Shown here piece by piece: positions 1-13,544 of a stretch of 64,000 nt of DNA. Under the pieces are notes generated by a model. The model saw only the letters and a list, made by a program, of their open reading frames with translations, was not told the DNA's origin and made no database searches. A program made the position numbers and the translations under genes. The stretch is from Octopus vulgaris (Eukaryota): NCBI GenBank assembly GCA_951406725.2, contig OX597815.1:123256001-123320000 (forward strand), written 5' to 3'. Every line of letters begins with the position of its first letter. Within the stretch, counting starts at the first letter, position 1.

Positions 1-1166
1 AGTATGATGAAGTGAATTTAACAAAGGATAAGCAATTTTACATAAGCAGAGACCATTGTAGTTATAATAGATGTGATGGTGGAATTGTATAGTTTAATGC
101 TATGTGATAGAATAAGGACAGTTTATTGTGGAAAGTGGAATTAGGTTCTACTTAGAGAGAATGTAGATACTTTTTTCTTTATTAATGAAACTGAAAAAAC
201 CTAGTTAGTGATTGCTAGATCTGTAAATAGATTTGGAATTTTTAAAAGAATAGAAAGAGAATTGAACTTTTAGCACATAACTTCAAGTGACTGAATGAAA
301 TAGGGAAGAGATTACTGCTGCAGAGAAAGAATAGGATCATCAGATCCTTGGAGAGTTCCTTTTTTTATCAAAAATATGCTCCTTTGATCTATGTCAAACT
401 GGAGTTGTTAGGAAAGAAGCAACTAGCCTATATAAATAGTGGAATTTTGTCGAAAAGAAGAAAATTAAGTAATGCAAAATTTATTTTGACATGACTTCTA
501 TGTAACATGAAAGCCAATGGGAAAATAAGTTTTATTTTTATGGAACTTTATGTTTATGTAAGATTTTCATAAACACAACACTTCAGTAATATAGAGGATA
601 CTTGTGCATATATTAATGAATTTCATATGACTTATATAAGCATGGAAAAGAGAACATTAAAATGATGATGATGATGATGATTGGTGTATGTATGTACTCA
701 GCACTCTCTGTAATGTGGTTGGTGTTAGGAAAGACATTCAGCTGTAGAAACCATACTAAGAAACTCTGGAGCATGACACAGTCTTCTGACCTGTTGGATC
801 CTGTCAAACTGTCCAACCCATTTCAAATGTTAAATGATGATGATGTATGTATGCATTTAAAGAATTTCTACTGTCAATTTTATTTTATTTCATTTAACTC
901 CTTTTCCCTAATTAATTGGTCATATAGGTCTGTTAGATCTTTATAACATATATGGTAATATGGAGTTATTAGAACTGATAGTTCATCTAACTGCTATAGC
1001 GCAGAAGCATTACACATCAAATTTTACTAACTGTATGCTCTGAGAAATAATCATGATTACCTACTTATTTGACTATGTCTTATATTTACTTTACAGTTGA
1101 TGTGCATTTTAATGGAATTTCCATTTAGTTAAATATTTAAAATATTTTTTCTGTTGCTTTTTTAAG

Positions 1167-2185
1167 GTCGGGAAAGTCCAGATGAAGAAAGAGAGTTAGA
1201 AGGTCTTGGTGCTGTTGGTGGTGTTTCAAGTCACCGACATCGAAGGTCCCATGGGGCCGACAGAGTTACATTCAAAGCAAGTAAAAGTGCAGACTTTTTA
1301 AAGAAATCACCAACAAGTAAAAGTCCAGTAACACCAGGCTTGGCTGATATTGGTCCTGATGGTAACCCAGATGGCTTTAAATTGTTGAACGTGCCAAGAC
1401 AACGTCTCTCAGCCACGTTTAAGCAAGCACAAGGAAAGGTTACTGCTATGCTTTCAGCATTGGATCATCATTCTAAATCAAGATTCATACATCCTTTCCA
1501 AGAGAATACTTTTAAGAATTTTCCTGCTTATGATCCGACACCATTAAAGCCAGTTTCTCAGTCCATCCTGACTTCTGATATATCTGATTTGGGTTTTAAC
1601 AGTCCTGGGGAAGAGGAACACAGTTGTAGAAACAGCAATAATATTTTAGAGAGTTTGTCTACTTCTAAAGATTCTGGTATCATGGATTCTCCACAAAGTG
1701 AACCCAGCAAAATAAATGAATACATGAGTCCTTCACCTGTTAGAGGAGCAACATCAGCTTCAATCCCAACATGTGAGGTTGATTTGAGGTTATCAGAACA
1801 ACAAAATTCCAGACTAGATGAACAAAGATTATCTGCTGCCTTGCGTGTGTTTGATCCCCTTGTTAGCAGCAACAGCAATCAAGAAGACAGTGGTGGTAGT
1901 AGTAGTAGCAGCACTGGGGCTATAGCCCCCAGCTTTAATGCTGAAGTAGCTGGAACCTCTTTACCAGAAAACTCAGTTGCTAATTGGAGTTCTCAGTTGA
2001 TTGATGAGGTGTTTACTCCAGTTGAGAGTATGCAACAGACATCAAGCCATGAAGGCAATACTGAGCCAGCTACTGTTCTTGCATCAAATCATACTCAATC
2101 AAGCAAGAGAGTAGATATTGCTACACCTTTTTCTTTAAGAGGTTCCCATAATTTCTCAACGAAAAATCCACTGGACATAGACCAG
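1167..2185 (+). CDS. GAPVD1: GAPVD1 internal exon (1019 nt, Ser/Pro-rich linker); gene begins upstream of the window
   Basis: Acceptor tttttaag|GT at 1166/1167. Open frame (G)RESPDEERELEG...KNPLDIDQ continuous with ORF 1340-2215. Donor CAG|gtaaac at 2185/2186. Phase-compatible with downstream GAPVD1 exons. Confidence 0.8.
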
Positions 2186-4329
2186 GTAAACTTTTCACTT
2201 TTACCTCTGTTTTAAGGGAACATATATTTATAATCCTAGTATTCAGACTTTTGTGCACTGCCTGCCATGAATACTGTTATTTTAACAGATGTGTTTTTAT
2301 CTATTTATCTATCTATATATATATATATATATATATGTGTATATATATATATATCCCTTAAGCATTTTCCCTAAAAACACTGAAATGAATTTTTGTTCAA
2401 TTTGCCTTGAAGCAAAGGTCAGTGTTAATTCATTTTATGAGTATTATTGGGTTCTTTGTCCCACATTACATGACTAGTTTACCATTTGATGGCTAGAATA
2501 TTATCAAAACGAATAGCTTGAAGTTAGAATATTTAATTTTTGATTATGTTTTTCTTTTTCTTATCTGTTGTAATTTTAATAATTGTTTCTTTGGCTTTGC
2601 AAATCTTTATTTTTTATGTCATGCTGTTAAATGGGCCAAAAGCTAGCTTTATTTGTTTTCTGAGGGAAAATGTAATCATACGTTATTTTACATTGCTACT
2701 GCTTGCTAGTATTGAGAAAATGATCTCTCTCTCTCTCTCTCTCTCTGTTTCATTGATATCAGTAGCTCATTACTTTCTGCATCGCTCAATGGTTTCTCTT
2801 GAAATTTTTGTTTTCTTCTATTCTCGTAACTCATCTGAACCCAGTCTACTTTTCACACTTGCATTGCCTGTCACTTGATTCATGGTCATCTCCTCTCTCT
2901 TTCAACTCCTTTAGATGTTTTGTTTTCTGTACCTTCATTTTCATTTTTAAAAAAATAAATAAAATCTACCTCAAGACTACAGACTTATCTGATTTTCCAA
3001 AGAATGTAGGCCACTGACAGTATAAAACTTCTTCTGAGCGATTTGCCAATCCATTGTAGAGTTTCCCCCCAGCTCCTGCTGGTACTCATTTTCAGCTGTG
3101 TGAAATGGAACATTGTAAAATTAAATAGTTGTGCACTGCCTAATCTGAGAAATGCACCCACTAGCTTAACCTCAAGGCAACATATCTTCATAAGCCAGGC
3201 AATAATTCATAGCTTTTATAACTTTCATATTTGTTTATTTATTTAAAACTAGTCTTTTTTTTTTACTTGGTATCCTCCAGAAGAAAATAATCTGTTTATG
3301 GTCATGTAATTTTTCATGACTTATATCCTCTTCTATTATTATACTAAGATTTATTTAGGTGTTTCATCACTCTTGTTTAATATCAAATCTGTACCTGCTC
3401 TGTTAGTTGCTGCGATGGTACTTATTTTAGTATTGATCTATAGGTCATGCCACGAAGTATCTTTCTTTATGCTGTTTTGATTATTATCAGGATTATGTTG
3501 TTAGCAGTGTGCCTTTTTATTAAATTTTTCATCACTCTTTCTAGTTAGGTTTTTTTCCCCCTTTTCTCTTGTTTCTGATTTATTTTTTAGCTTTCCTCTA
3601 TCTTCCTTTTAAGTTATTTTATAATTTATTTCTGTACAAATAGTTATGTCTTATCATTGTACATTGTTATCATTCTCTTTCAATACATCCGTCAACATTC
3701 TACATTGTTTTCATCAATTAAGGAACATATTTTAAGGGGTATATTTTTCTCTAATAAATTTTTTAAGCTATTGCTGGCCTTTTTTATTTCTGCTTTCAGG
3801 ATTTCTTACCTCTCTTTTTAATTTTTAAACATCTATTTCACATTTTAAAATTGTTATCTCTCATATCTCAAGCATGGTTATCATTATCTCTCCTTTTTCA
3901 CAAAATATCAATTTAAATTTCATGTTTAAGTAACTTCATTAAAATTTGGCACCAAACAACATGTGGCTAATGCAAAATGTTTCGCACTATTACACTATAT
4001 GTTTCACTGAATATTATTTTTTTTTTAAACTCTACTCTTTGCTTTGGTTTTTTTATTCTTTTGCATGCATTTCCACTTTTGAAAGCAAGGTTAACAAACA
4101 TTTGTAAAAGGAAGAGCACAGACTACAAATACATATATAGAAGAACATTGTAGATCTTTAGCTCAATAAATAAGCATTGAGTGAATATTTCCTTTGTAAT
4201 TTGAACTGAACGAGTCCCATTTGCTTAAATTCCTGGACCAGATCTAACTCTAAAGATATATCACTCATTCACTGAGCATTTGTTGTCTATTTGCAATAAA
4301 TATCCATATCAATGCACCTGTGTCTTCTG

Positions 4330-5330
4330 CTTACAGTGTCTTTAGTGCCCTACTGCTGTTGCAACTCAGTTGCACTCCGTGCCCTTCTTACATGTGTCTC
4401 ATACAATCTACTTTTTGATAGAAAAAACACATTCTTTTACCAACAAAGATAAACATTTCTTGAGCTTCTACCACTTTTTTCTTGTCTTTTCTCACTATAT
4501 CACAACAATTCCTAACATTAGTAAGGTGTCCTAGGGAACAGAAACTATCAACAACATTTTATGAGTTGACTGATATGGCCACATACTTCAAATATTCCAG
4601 TACATTTTGACACATTTGAAATTATCCCCAGTCAACTTACCAGAGAACACACAACATCTTTTGTGTAACCATTGTTTGCATTGAGTACTCTATATTGAGT
4701 ACCTGCCTTCTGGTTTCATACATATTGAGTAAGGTCACTTCCCAAAGGACACTGGTGTCTTTTACTTACTAGTACTTTGGTTTCTGACTAGTTGAAAATG
4801 AGATTTTTGTTCTCTGAATCATTCTTCCCAATTTGAAACTTTTTCTATGCTTCCTTAGGTCATTCAGCTCTGAACTCATGCTATATTCTCAATAACAGCA
4901 GCAGTAAACAGTTAAAGGCTGAAGAGAGTTTACTCATTGCCAATTTTAACTTGGTTCATATGACTCTCACAGGTCATTCACCTTCATTTGATTTTCATTG
5001 TAGTCACCAGACTACAAAATGTGGGATTCTGCCAAAGATTTTTTCCAAATTGAAGAATGTGAAGTAAACTGACTTTTTCTAAGCTAAGAACTTACTGTTG
5101 TCTCACATGAATTATGGTATGCATCCTCTTATATTCAAACACAAGCTACATCATATCCAAATCAACCCTATTCCATATTAATTTTGCTGAGTCTTTCTCA
5201 GCTTCTTTTAAGATTTGGTCTATCTGTTTGCAACTTCTGTAGTTGCTGCTCTTCAGTATAACTTCCACTTTCTCTTGTAACAACTTACAATAATACTTAT
5301 AATAATACTGCCTTGTCAATCATTGAAAAT
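4330..5330 (-). mobile_element. Highly decayed RTE-type LINE remnant
   Basis: Minus-strand VVDSFCSLG near 4525-4560 resembles the RTE RT motif VDSFCYLG; boundaries approximate. Confidence 0.45.
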
Positions 5331-7837
5331 AGCACCTCTCTGCACTAACTGATAACTAATTAAGGAATACGAATAACAAAAGAGGATCCTCTCTATTGTC
5401 TCTAGAACTGTGAGAAATAATGGCTAAATCTTCTTTAACCCTCTCATCTTGGAAAAAAAAGAAAGTATTTAATATAGTCCTAGAGTCTTTTAAAAAGAGT
5501 AACAGTCAAGGCTGAAATGCTTTCAATCATAAGCCTGCTTGATAGGATGACCTTGGGCTAAACAAAAACTTGTCTAAGTTGAGGACTATTATTTGATCAA
5601 TACAGCCTGATACTTTCTATCCCAGCATCTATCCCTGGGGTTGCTGTTGCTTTCCCCATTTTCATCTTTTTAATAGCCTTACTAACTATGCTGTAAGTAA
5701 TCTCAATAAATGTCTTCTCTGCAGGTTTCACTCGAGCTAATTCTCATTCAGCCATCTACTGTAGCAGCATTTCCTTTTCTTTCTAAAGTTACCTTAAGGC
5801 AAATACACCTGTCTCATTTCTGGCACATTTATTTACAAATAACATCTGGTTCATACAAATGAAATATTTTGCAATTCAGAAAACTTTATGACCATTACCT
5901 TTATAGTGCAAAACATTAATTAGAATCTCCTACATTCAACTTCTTGTTTGGTTATATAAACTTAATGCTCTATTATCATGTTTCTTGATATGGCTTTTTA
6001 CTTATGCAGTCTTAGTCATTCTTTCCAAACTTGTTTATTGGCTCATAAATCCCTAGCTACTGCCAGATGCAACCTGGTTCAGATCCTGTCTCAATCTGCA
6101 GAATTTCTCAGTAGTTTTCAATAGATTGTCTTTTAGGAATACTCAGTAAACTAGTATCAGTTTGTAATATTAGTTAGTCAGTAATACCTACAAGATCTGT
6201 CAACTTAATGAAATCATTAGATGATTAAGAAATATATATATATATATATAATGTAGACTTATATTCATGTGTGCACCAACTACTGTTACAAATTTTGTGC
6301 ATTTGGATGTATATGTATGCATGTGTATGCATATGTATGCATGCATGTGCTTACATATAAATGTTTTAATTGTGTTAATATATATTTTGTTTTGTTTTGT
6401 TTTGTTTTTTTTTCATTTAACTGCTTACATGCTTTTTGCTTTTCAAAGTTTTACGCAAAGTTTTTTTTAAAGTTATTTTTTTAATTTTATGTATGTTTTG
6501 ATATTTTTGCTTATGTGAAAATTGTGGAGTATGCTTTTGAAACCAGTTAAAATTTTGTATTATAAAAAAGTTGGGGAGGGTTATATTTTGTGTAGAAAAA
6601 GAAAAAAAACAAATAACATTTTCTTTCTCTCTAGATATACGATACTCACAAACATACTTAGTCACTGTATGATAAATGCTTTTATTGAAACATTTTCTGG
6701 AAAATATATCTTCATATAAAGCCAGTTTAATGTGGTTATCTTTGGATTTATTGAAGGTTATGTCTGAGCTGTGTAGTGCTATATTGGTAAGATTTGTGTT
6801 AAAACTTAATTCCTTCATCAATTAGAAATATTGTAGGCCAAAAGCATCTTTTTGTAGCTATCAGCTTTAATGTTTGTCTGCATGACAATACACTGATATC
6901 TTAGTTGCTTTGTTTGTTTAGGTTGTATTAAATAATTGTTTCTTACTGTAATGGATTATATTTAGAAAACATGCCTTAAGATGTCAGTGTTATGTTGCGT
7001 ACCAGATAAGTTTCTATAATATACAAAAATAATGAAGTTTCAAATTTTCCCCAGATACATTTTGACACTTAGAAGTTATAATCTGGTTGAAATTTGAAAT
7101 TGTATTTTATTGATCAAAATTATTGCTAATGTTTCTAAAATGTTGCCTGTATCATGATGTAGTTTACTTCAAAGCTGTTATACTGTTATATTGCTACCCT
7201 ACTGCTTCTATTTGAAGGCCTCCTCATAATAAGATAGATTTTTTACAACAATATTATATTTATTTAACAGTGATTGAGTTTGTCTAAGCTATTAAAATGG
7301 CTAAAGAATGAATGTTTCTTAATTGGTGATAGAGCTTTTGTAAGCTGGTTAGCTGTTATGTGTTTTCCCATTATTTACACCCACACACACCAAATTCATT
7401 ATAAAGTTGGATATATCCTACTATTTAATGAACAAATTGCATTGTTTACTTGATTAAATTTCTTGACTGAAAGAAAGCCTACTATCAATTTTCGAATGGG
7501 TTATTAATGTATGTTCTTGTGCTTTTATTTACTTTCTATAAATGGATGCATAAAAAGAGAGACCTTTGTCTCAGTAACTACTGTTTGCTTGTTTTGATTT
7601 TGATGAATAATTTAAAAATTTAAATTTTTGTTTTACAGTTAATTTTTACTCTGTGAAACTGTACCCTATTGCATGTCATCTGTTGTCTGATATTTCTAAA
7701 TGCACTGTTACATTGTGTATACTAAACACTTATTAGTCACCTTGTTTTGATATATATATATATATATATATATACATACATATACACAGCTGTGTGTTTG
7801 TGATACTTGAAGGTAGCTCTGTTGGATATACTTGCAG

Positions 7838-7910
7838 GACTTTGATGGTGATTTTAAAGGGGAGAAAAAGAAAGGTTTCTTCAAGTCTTTTAAAGAAAAA
7901 ATAAATAAAG
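7838..7910 (+). CDS. GAPVD1: GAPVD1 exon (73 nt) DFDGDFKGEKKKGFFKSFKEKINK
   Basis: ttgcag|GAC acceptor, AAAG|gtaggt donor; phase 0 to phase 1 matches neighbours. Confidence 0.8.
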
Positions 7911-8484
7911 GTAGGTTACTCTCCCTTCGCCCCTGGCATGTCTCTTTCATTTTCTCTCTTCCTACTTTATGCTACTTTATGCCAAGTTTAAAGATAATTA
8001 GGGGTAGTTTCATTTACAACTTTACTGAGCTGACATAAGGGAGATTTGAAAGGATCTTATTTCGATTTTATTTTGAGCAGAGCATTGGTGGATTTGGAGC
8101 AACACTAGAATATTCATTAAATTTTATCAGAATATATTTCCATCTCTTTTGGTATATACCAAAGCAGACATAAATCATTCTGTACTTTACTTTGACAATA
8201 TAATTTGCAACTAGATACAATAACTACAATTAGACACGAAGGAGAGAGGTAACATCTTATCTTCCTATAGGTAGCAGATGTACTGTATTATTGATATCTT
8301 ATATAGACATAAAACTTCAAAAATGAAAGATACATATAGCTGAGCAGATCACCTCCAGTATATACTTAACTGGTGGTGCTTATTGTCAACACTGGAAAAA
8401 TGAAGTTGAAATCAAATTCAGTAGGATTTGAACTCTGATCATAAAGGCATGCAGCTAAACATCACCATCCATTTCATCTGTCAC

Positions 8485-8746
8485 TGTTGTGCAAGAGCAC
8501 GATGCCCTCTGGTGAGAATGGACTGGACCATTGTATATAATTAGTAGCGATCTGTTTAAGTGAGATAGTTCATGCTAGTTCCACAGTTTGTGTGTTGATA
8601 GTTCAAAGTTTACAGTTTGAGTTAGCATGTTGGATTGTTGGTTCTTAAAGGATTGTTGTTACATTCCATGTGATTACTATTGTTTGTTTCGATTGTATTG
8701 TTATTACACTGTTGCAGTGTGTTCGTTTATCCATAATGATATAACA
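8485..8746 (+). repeat. 5' LTR (262 bp)
   Basis: Starts TGTTGTGC, ends ATAACA; direct repeat of 13283-13526. Confidence 0.93.
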
Positions 8747-9295
8747 TCTGGCGATGAGGATCATCTGAAACTCACATTGGTTATTTGACAATTTCTGCAT
8801 CATAGAAAACCTAATAGCTGCAGTAGTACAGCTTCAAGAGAATGAACAGGAACAACTACAGGAAATGGAAAAACAAATACTACTACTACAACAATAACAA
8901 TTAATTGAGTTACAGTCAGCAAAGTCCAAAAATCCAGTATCTTGTTTATGCCAGATGGCATGGTTAACTCAATTTCTGAATTTATGTATAATCTGGAGGA
9001 GGGTATTACATTTCCTGTGTATTATAGAAGATACCAGGAAATTTTTAATGAATGCAGGTCATGGTTAGAGGAGCAGAAAATAAAGCTTTTACTATGCAAG
9101 GTATCTCCTACCAAACATGAGCCTTACTATAACTTTATTCTACCCAAAAAGTCGAGTAAGATTAGTTTCCAAGAGTCCAAGGAACTGCTTTCAAAAGTTT
9201 TTTGTGATAGTTCATTATTTAATACCAGAATGGAATGTTGGAGCTTAACAAAAAATGAAGAGGATGATTTTATCACCTACACTGGAGTAGCCAAC

Positions 9296-9865
9296 CATCA
9301 TCACCATCATCATCGGTTAACGTCCGTTTTCCGCGCTAGCATGGGTTGGACGGTTCGACCGGGGTCTGGGAAGCCAGGGGCTGCACCAGGCTCCAGTCTG
9401 ATCTGGCAGTGTTTCTACAGCTGGATGCCCTTCCTAACGCCAACCACTCAGCGAGTGTAGTAGGTGCTTTTTACGTGCCACCGGCACAGGTGCCAGGGGA
9501 GTCTGGCATTGGCCACAATCGGTTGGTGCTTTTAACATGCCACCGGCACGGAAGCCAGCCAAGGCGGCACTGGCATCGGCCACGTTCAGATGGTGCTTTT
9601 TATGTGCCACCGGCACAGAAGCCAGTCGAGGCGGCGCTGGCATCGGCCACGTTCGGATGGTGCTTTTTATGTGCCACTGGCACAGGTATCACAACTACTA
9701 TTTCCATTGATATTTGTTTCGATGTTCATGTACATGTACTTGACTCAACAGGTCTCCTCAAGCACAGCGGGATGTTCTGGGATCCAAGGTACTTTGAATG
9801 GGCAGGGGCTATGCGGAACTGGTGCAGGAAGCAGCCCGGGTCTTTGCAGTCACAGCACATCTCCA
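9296..9865 (-). mobile_element. 5'-truncated RTE-type LINE 3' end inserted into gypsy gag
   Basis: (CAT)n tail at 9296, reverse-complement similarity to 36230-36956. Gag peptide ...ITYTGVAN resumes as QSENFKLQDLTQDMFKSLIFVQGL after the insert. Right boundary approximate. Confidence 0.8.
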
Positions 9866-12800
9866 GAGCGAAAATTTCAAACTCCAGGATCTCACTCAGG
9901 ATATGTTCAAATCACTTATCTTTGTGCAAGGACTTATAGCACCTGAAGACAGAGAAATTCAGGCAAGGATTCTCTCGAAAATGGAGCATGTGAACCAGGA
10001 TTTATCTCTACAGATCATCGCAGAAGAATGTCAGACTATGGTAAATCTTGAATATGATGTGAAAAAAGTACAAGATAAAGACTCTGCAAAAATTCAAATG
10101 CGTCGTCCTGGGAAGCACAAAAGTGTCAGGCCCCAGTCCATTTTATGGTTGCGGAGGCCTACACTACAAAAAGGATTGTCTGTTTAGAAACAAAAATTGC
10201 TATAGTTGTTAGAAGCTGGGACACAAGAGTTCTCATTGTAGAACAAGACTATGAGGCTCAAACATGAAATGTTCCAAGGTGTTTTCAGCAGTGTGTGATT
10301 GTGACAAAGAAAAAAACAAGAAAATTCGTGCACATAAAAATAAATTATGTGAATACCAAATTACAATTGACACAGGTAGTGACATCTTGGTTTAAATGCA
10401 GATACTTGGAAAAAAAATTGGTAAGCCAAGATTACATATAACATTGAAAATAGCACATGGTGTAACGGGTGATAAATTGCATTTCATGGGCAAAACGAAT
10501 ATCAACATCACATTTTGAGGAGAGACATGTGAAGCAAAATTATTCATTGTGGATAATACTATTAATCTGTTTAACACGGATTGGTTAGAACTATTCGATT
10601 TATGGCACCTCTCCATAAATATTTCTGCAATAACAAATAGTTGTCCAGTTAAAACAAGTCTTTGGAAGAAGTGAAGAAAAAATTGAAAAAAATGTTATGT
10701 TCCTGCAAATGTTATCAGAGAGTTTAGGTCTATGTAAAAAGGTGTAAGCCTATTTCCAAGTAGATGAAAACGCTGTACCTGTATTTAAAGCAAACAGCAA
10801 AGTACTGTTCGTGGCAATTGAAACTATAAATGAAGAGTTTGACAGACTCAAAGAGTAGAGTCATCAAAAACGGTGGATTACTCGAAGTGGGCGGCACCCA
10901 TGGTATCTATTAAAAAACATATATATATAATAAGATTAGGTTGTGTGCTGATTTCTCTACAGGATCGAATGACTGCTTAAAAACATACCACCATCCACTC
11001 CCAACTACAGAGGACATCTTTTCAAAGTTAAATGGTGGAGACAGTTTTTCCAAATTAGATCTGTCTGTAGCCTATTTACAGATAGAAGTAAATGAAAATG
11101 CTCAAAGTATTTGACAATAAATACACACAGAGACACATGATTACTTTTTGGATTAAAAGTGGCACCAACAATATTCCAGAAAATCATGGATACTATGTTA
11201 TCTGATTATGAATTTGCAATCCCATACTTGGATGATATTTTGATCAAGAGTAATTCTTTTGAACAGCATGTGGAACATATAAAAGCTGTGTTTAAGAAAA
11301 TTAAAGTTTTCGAGTTCACTTTGAGTGAAGAAAAATGTGAATTCTTTCTACCCTAAATTAAGTACTTAGGGCAAATAATTGATAAAAATGGTAGATGTCC
11401 CGACCTGTTAAGGGCAGACACAATAAGGAATATGCCTGCGCCAACAAATATTCGAACTTTACAAGCATTTCTTGGGTTGGCAAACTATTGTCAAAACTAC
11501 ATTCCTAATATGCACAAGTTAAAAGCTCCATTGAACAACTTGTTAAAAAAAGGAGCAAAGTGGAATTGGTCCACTAAATGCCCTCACTCTTTTGTAGAAA
11601 TAAAAAAAAAACTCTAATCTCAGATCTGTCATTAGCACATTACGATCCCAAAATCAGTGGTTTGTGTTTCGTGCTTGCTAATAGTGGCAGAGAAGAGATA
11701 TAATCAAATTGAAAAGGAGGCCCCTGAAATTACTTTTGTAGTTTAAAAATTTCACAGGTTTCTGCATGGCAGAAGTCTTTTTATTGCAAACAGACCATAG
11801 ACCTTTGCTGTCGATTTATGGGTTTAAAAAAGGGGTACTGACTCATACTGCGAACCACCTGCAATGTTGGGGTGTAATATTTCTAAGTTATAATTTCAAA
11901 ATGCAATACATTCCATCACAAAATGTTGACCATGTGGACTGCCTTTTGAGATTAATTCCAAAAAATATGGAACCACTAGAAGAGACTGTTGTAGCCGCAC
12001 TGCAGGTAGAAAGTGAAATTAAAAGTGCTATTTTTTTTTTTTTTATTTCATCTAGTTTCAGAGATAGCACAGGATATAAGAATGAAAGCTGTAGGTGATG
12101 AGTATATTACGAAAATAAAAGAAGCTTTCAAAAATAATTTTAAAAAATTCAGATGCCAGTAGTTTTTCAATTTGCGATGATATTCTGATGTTTACCCAAA
12201 GAGTGATGGTTCTAACTACATAACGAAAAGGTGTATTGCAAAAATTTCATAGCGGACATCCAGGAATGGCAAGGATGAAGGCTTTGATGAGGAGTTATGT
12301 CTATTGGCTGTCTATGGCCTGAGATATTGGAAACTTGGTGAGAACGTGCCAAGGTTGCATGCTTGTGGCCAAAGCCCCACCATTAAAACATCAGTTGTGG
12401 CCAGAGACAGAGGACCCATGGTCTAGATTACACATTGACTATGCAAGACTGGTAAACAGCGCTTACTACCTAATTGTAATAGACAGCTGTACTAAATGGC
12501 TGGAAGTTTGCAGGTGCTATAGACCAACCTCTGAGACAACTATAAAGTTCTCATACAAATTGTTTGCACAATATGTTGTCCCTGACCCGCTAGTTTCAGA
12601 CAATGGAGCACAGTTCTTTGGGTATGAATTCAAGAACTTCTGTAAAAGGCATGCGATAAAGCATATTTTCACTCCACCCTACCACCCAAAGTCAAACAGG
12701 CAGGTAGAAAGGTTTGTGGACACCTTTTAAGAGAGCATTAAGGAAAGCGAGGAACAAATTAAGTAATGATGAAGCACTGACAAATTTCTTAAGAATATAC

Positions 12801-13282
12801 AGAGTGACCCCCCAATCCAAGTACAAATTCAAGGAAGTCTCCCACCGAATTGATGTTTGCAAGAAGAATAAAAAAATCCATTTTTAATAATCTATTACCA
12901 AAGAAAAAAAACATAAAGGAAATATGAAAGAACCAACGAAATACATCAAGATAGGTGATAAAATGCATTTCAAAACTTATAGAAATAATAAAGAAGGCTG
13001 GGAAGATGGCCTTGTTACTAGAAAAATTTGAAGTACGATGTATCTAATTAAAGGGTCACATTGTGAACATAAGAGACATATAAACCAACTAAGGAAGAGG
13101 CATACCCAAGATCAGGAAGAAATTCCCATGGAAGTATTCTGTGAAATATTCGATGTACTGGTACCAAAAGAACCAACATGAGAAAAAGAAAACAGATTGA
13201 ACACCTTGAGATAATGTCCAAGCGAAAGATGTTAAAAAAAAATTCTTTATTCCTTTGGAACACGGAATCTCAAAAGGGGAGA

Positions 13283-13526
13283 TGTTGTGCGACAGTATGA
13301 TGCCCCCTGGCAAGAATGGACTGGACCGCTACAAATAGTAGCAGTCTGAGTAAGTGAGGTAGTTCATGCTAGTTCCACAGTTCATGTGTTGATAGTTCAA
13401 AGTTTACAGTTTGAGTTAGCATGTTGGATTGTTGGATCTTAGAAGATTGTTGTTACATTCTGTGTGGTTACTTATTTCGATTATATTGTTATTACACTGT
13501 TGCAGTCTATCCATATGGATATAACA
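13283..13526 (+). repeat. 3' LTR (244 bp)
   Basis: Preceded by the PPT and followed by the TSD; homologous to the 5' LTR with small indels. Confidence 0.93.
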
Positions 13527-13544
13527 GTCACTCTGCCAATATTG

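Larger units (their letters stand above)
8485..13526 (+). mobile_element. Full-length, decayed Ty3/Gypsy LTR retrotransposon (Mag-like) in a GAPVD1 intron
   Basis: TG...CA LTRs 8485-8746 and 13283-13526; 5-bp TSD GTCAC (8480-8484, 13527-13531); PBS TGGCGATGAGGAT 8749-8761; PPT AAAAGGGGAGA 13272-13282. Broken gag (two CCHC-like knuckles about 10140-10240), protease IDTGSD, RT YLDD, RNase H and integrase (HxGHPG, VSDNG, VERF) in gypsy order, with many stops and frameshifts. Confidence 0.95.

Noticed and set aside
8942-9460. ORF with a poly-His tract
   Set aside because: Chimeric reading of gypsy gag into the (CAT)n tail of the inserted LINE; not a gene.
9463-9683. CRISPR-like pattern: 25-bp repeats with 37-42-bp spacers
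   Set aside because: Spacers are homologous to each other, the array lies in a LINE 3' UTR repeated elsewhere in the window, the context is eukaryotic, and there are no cas genes.
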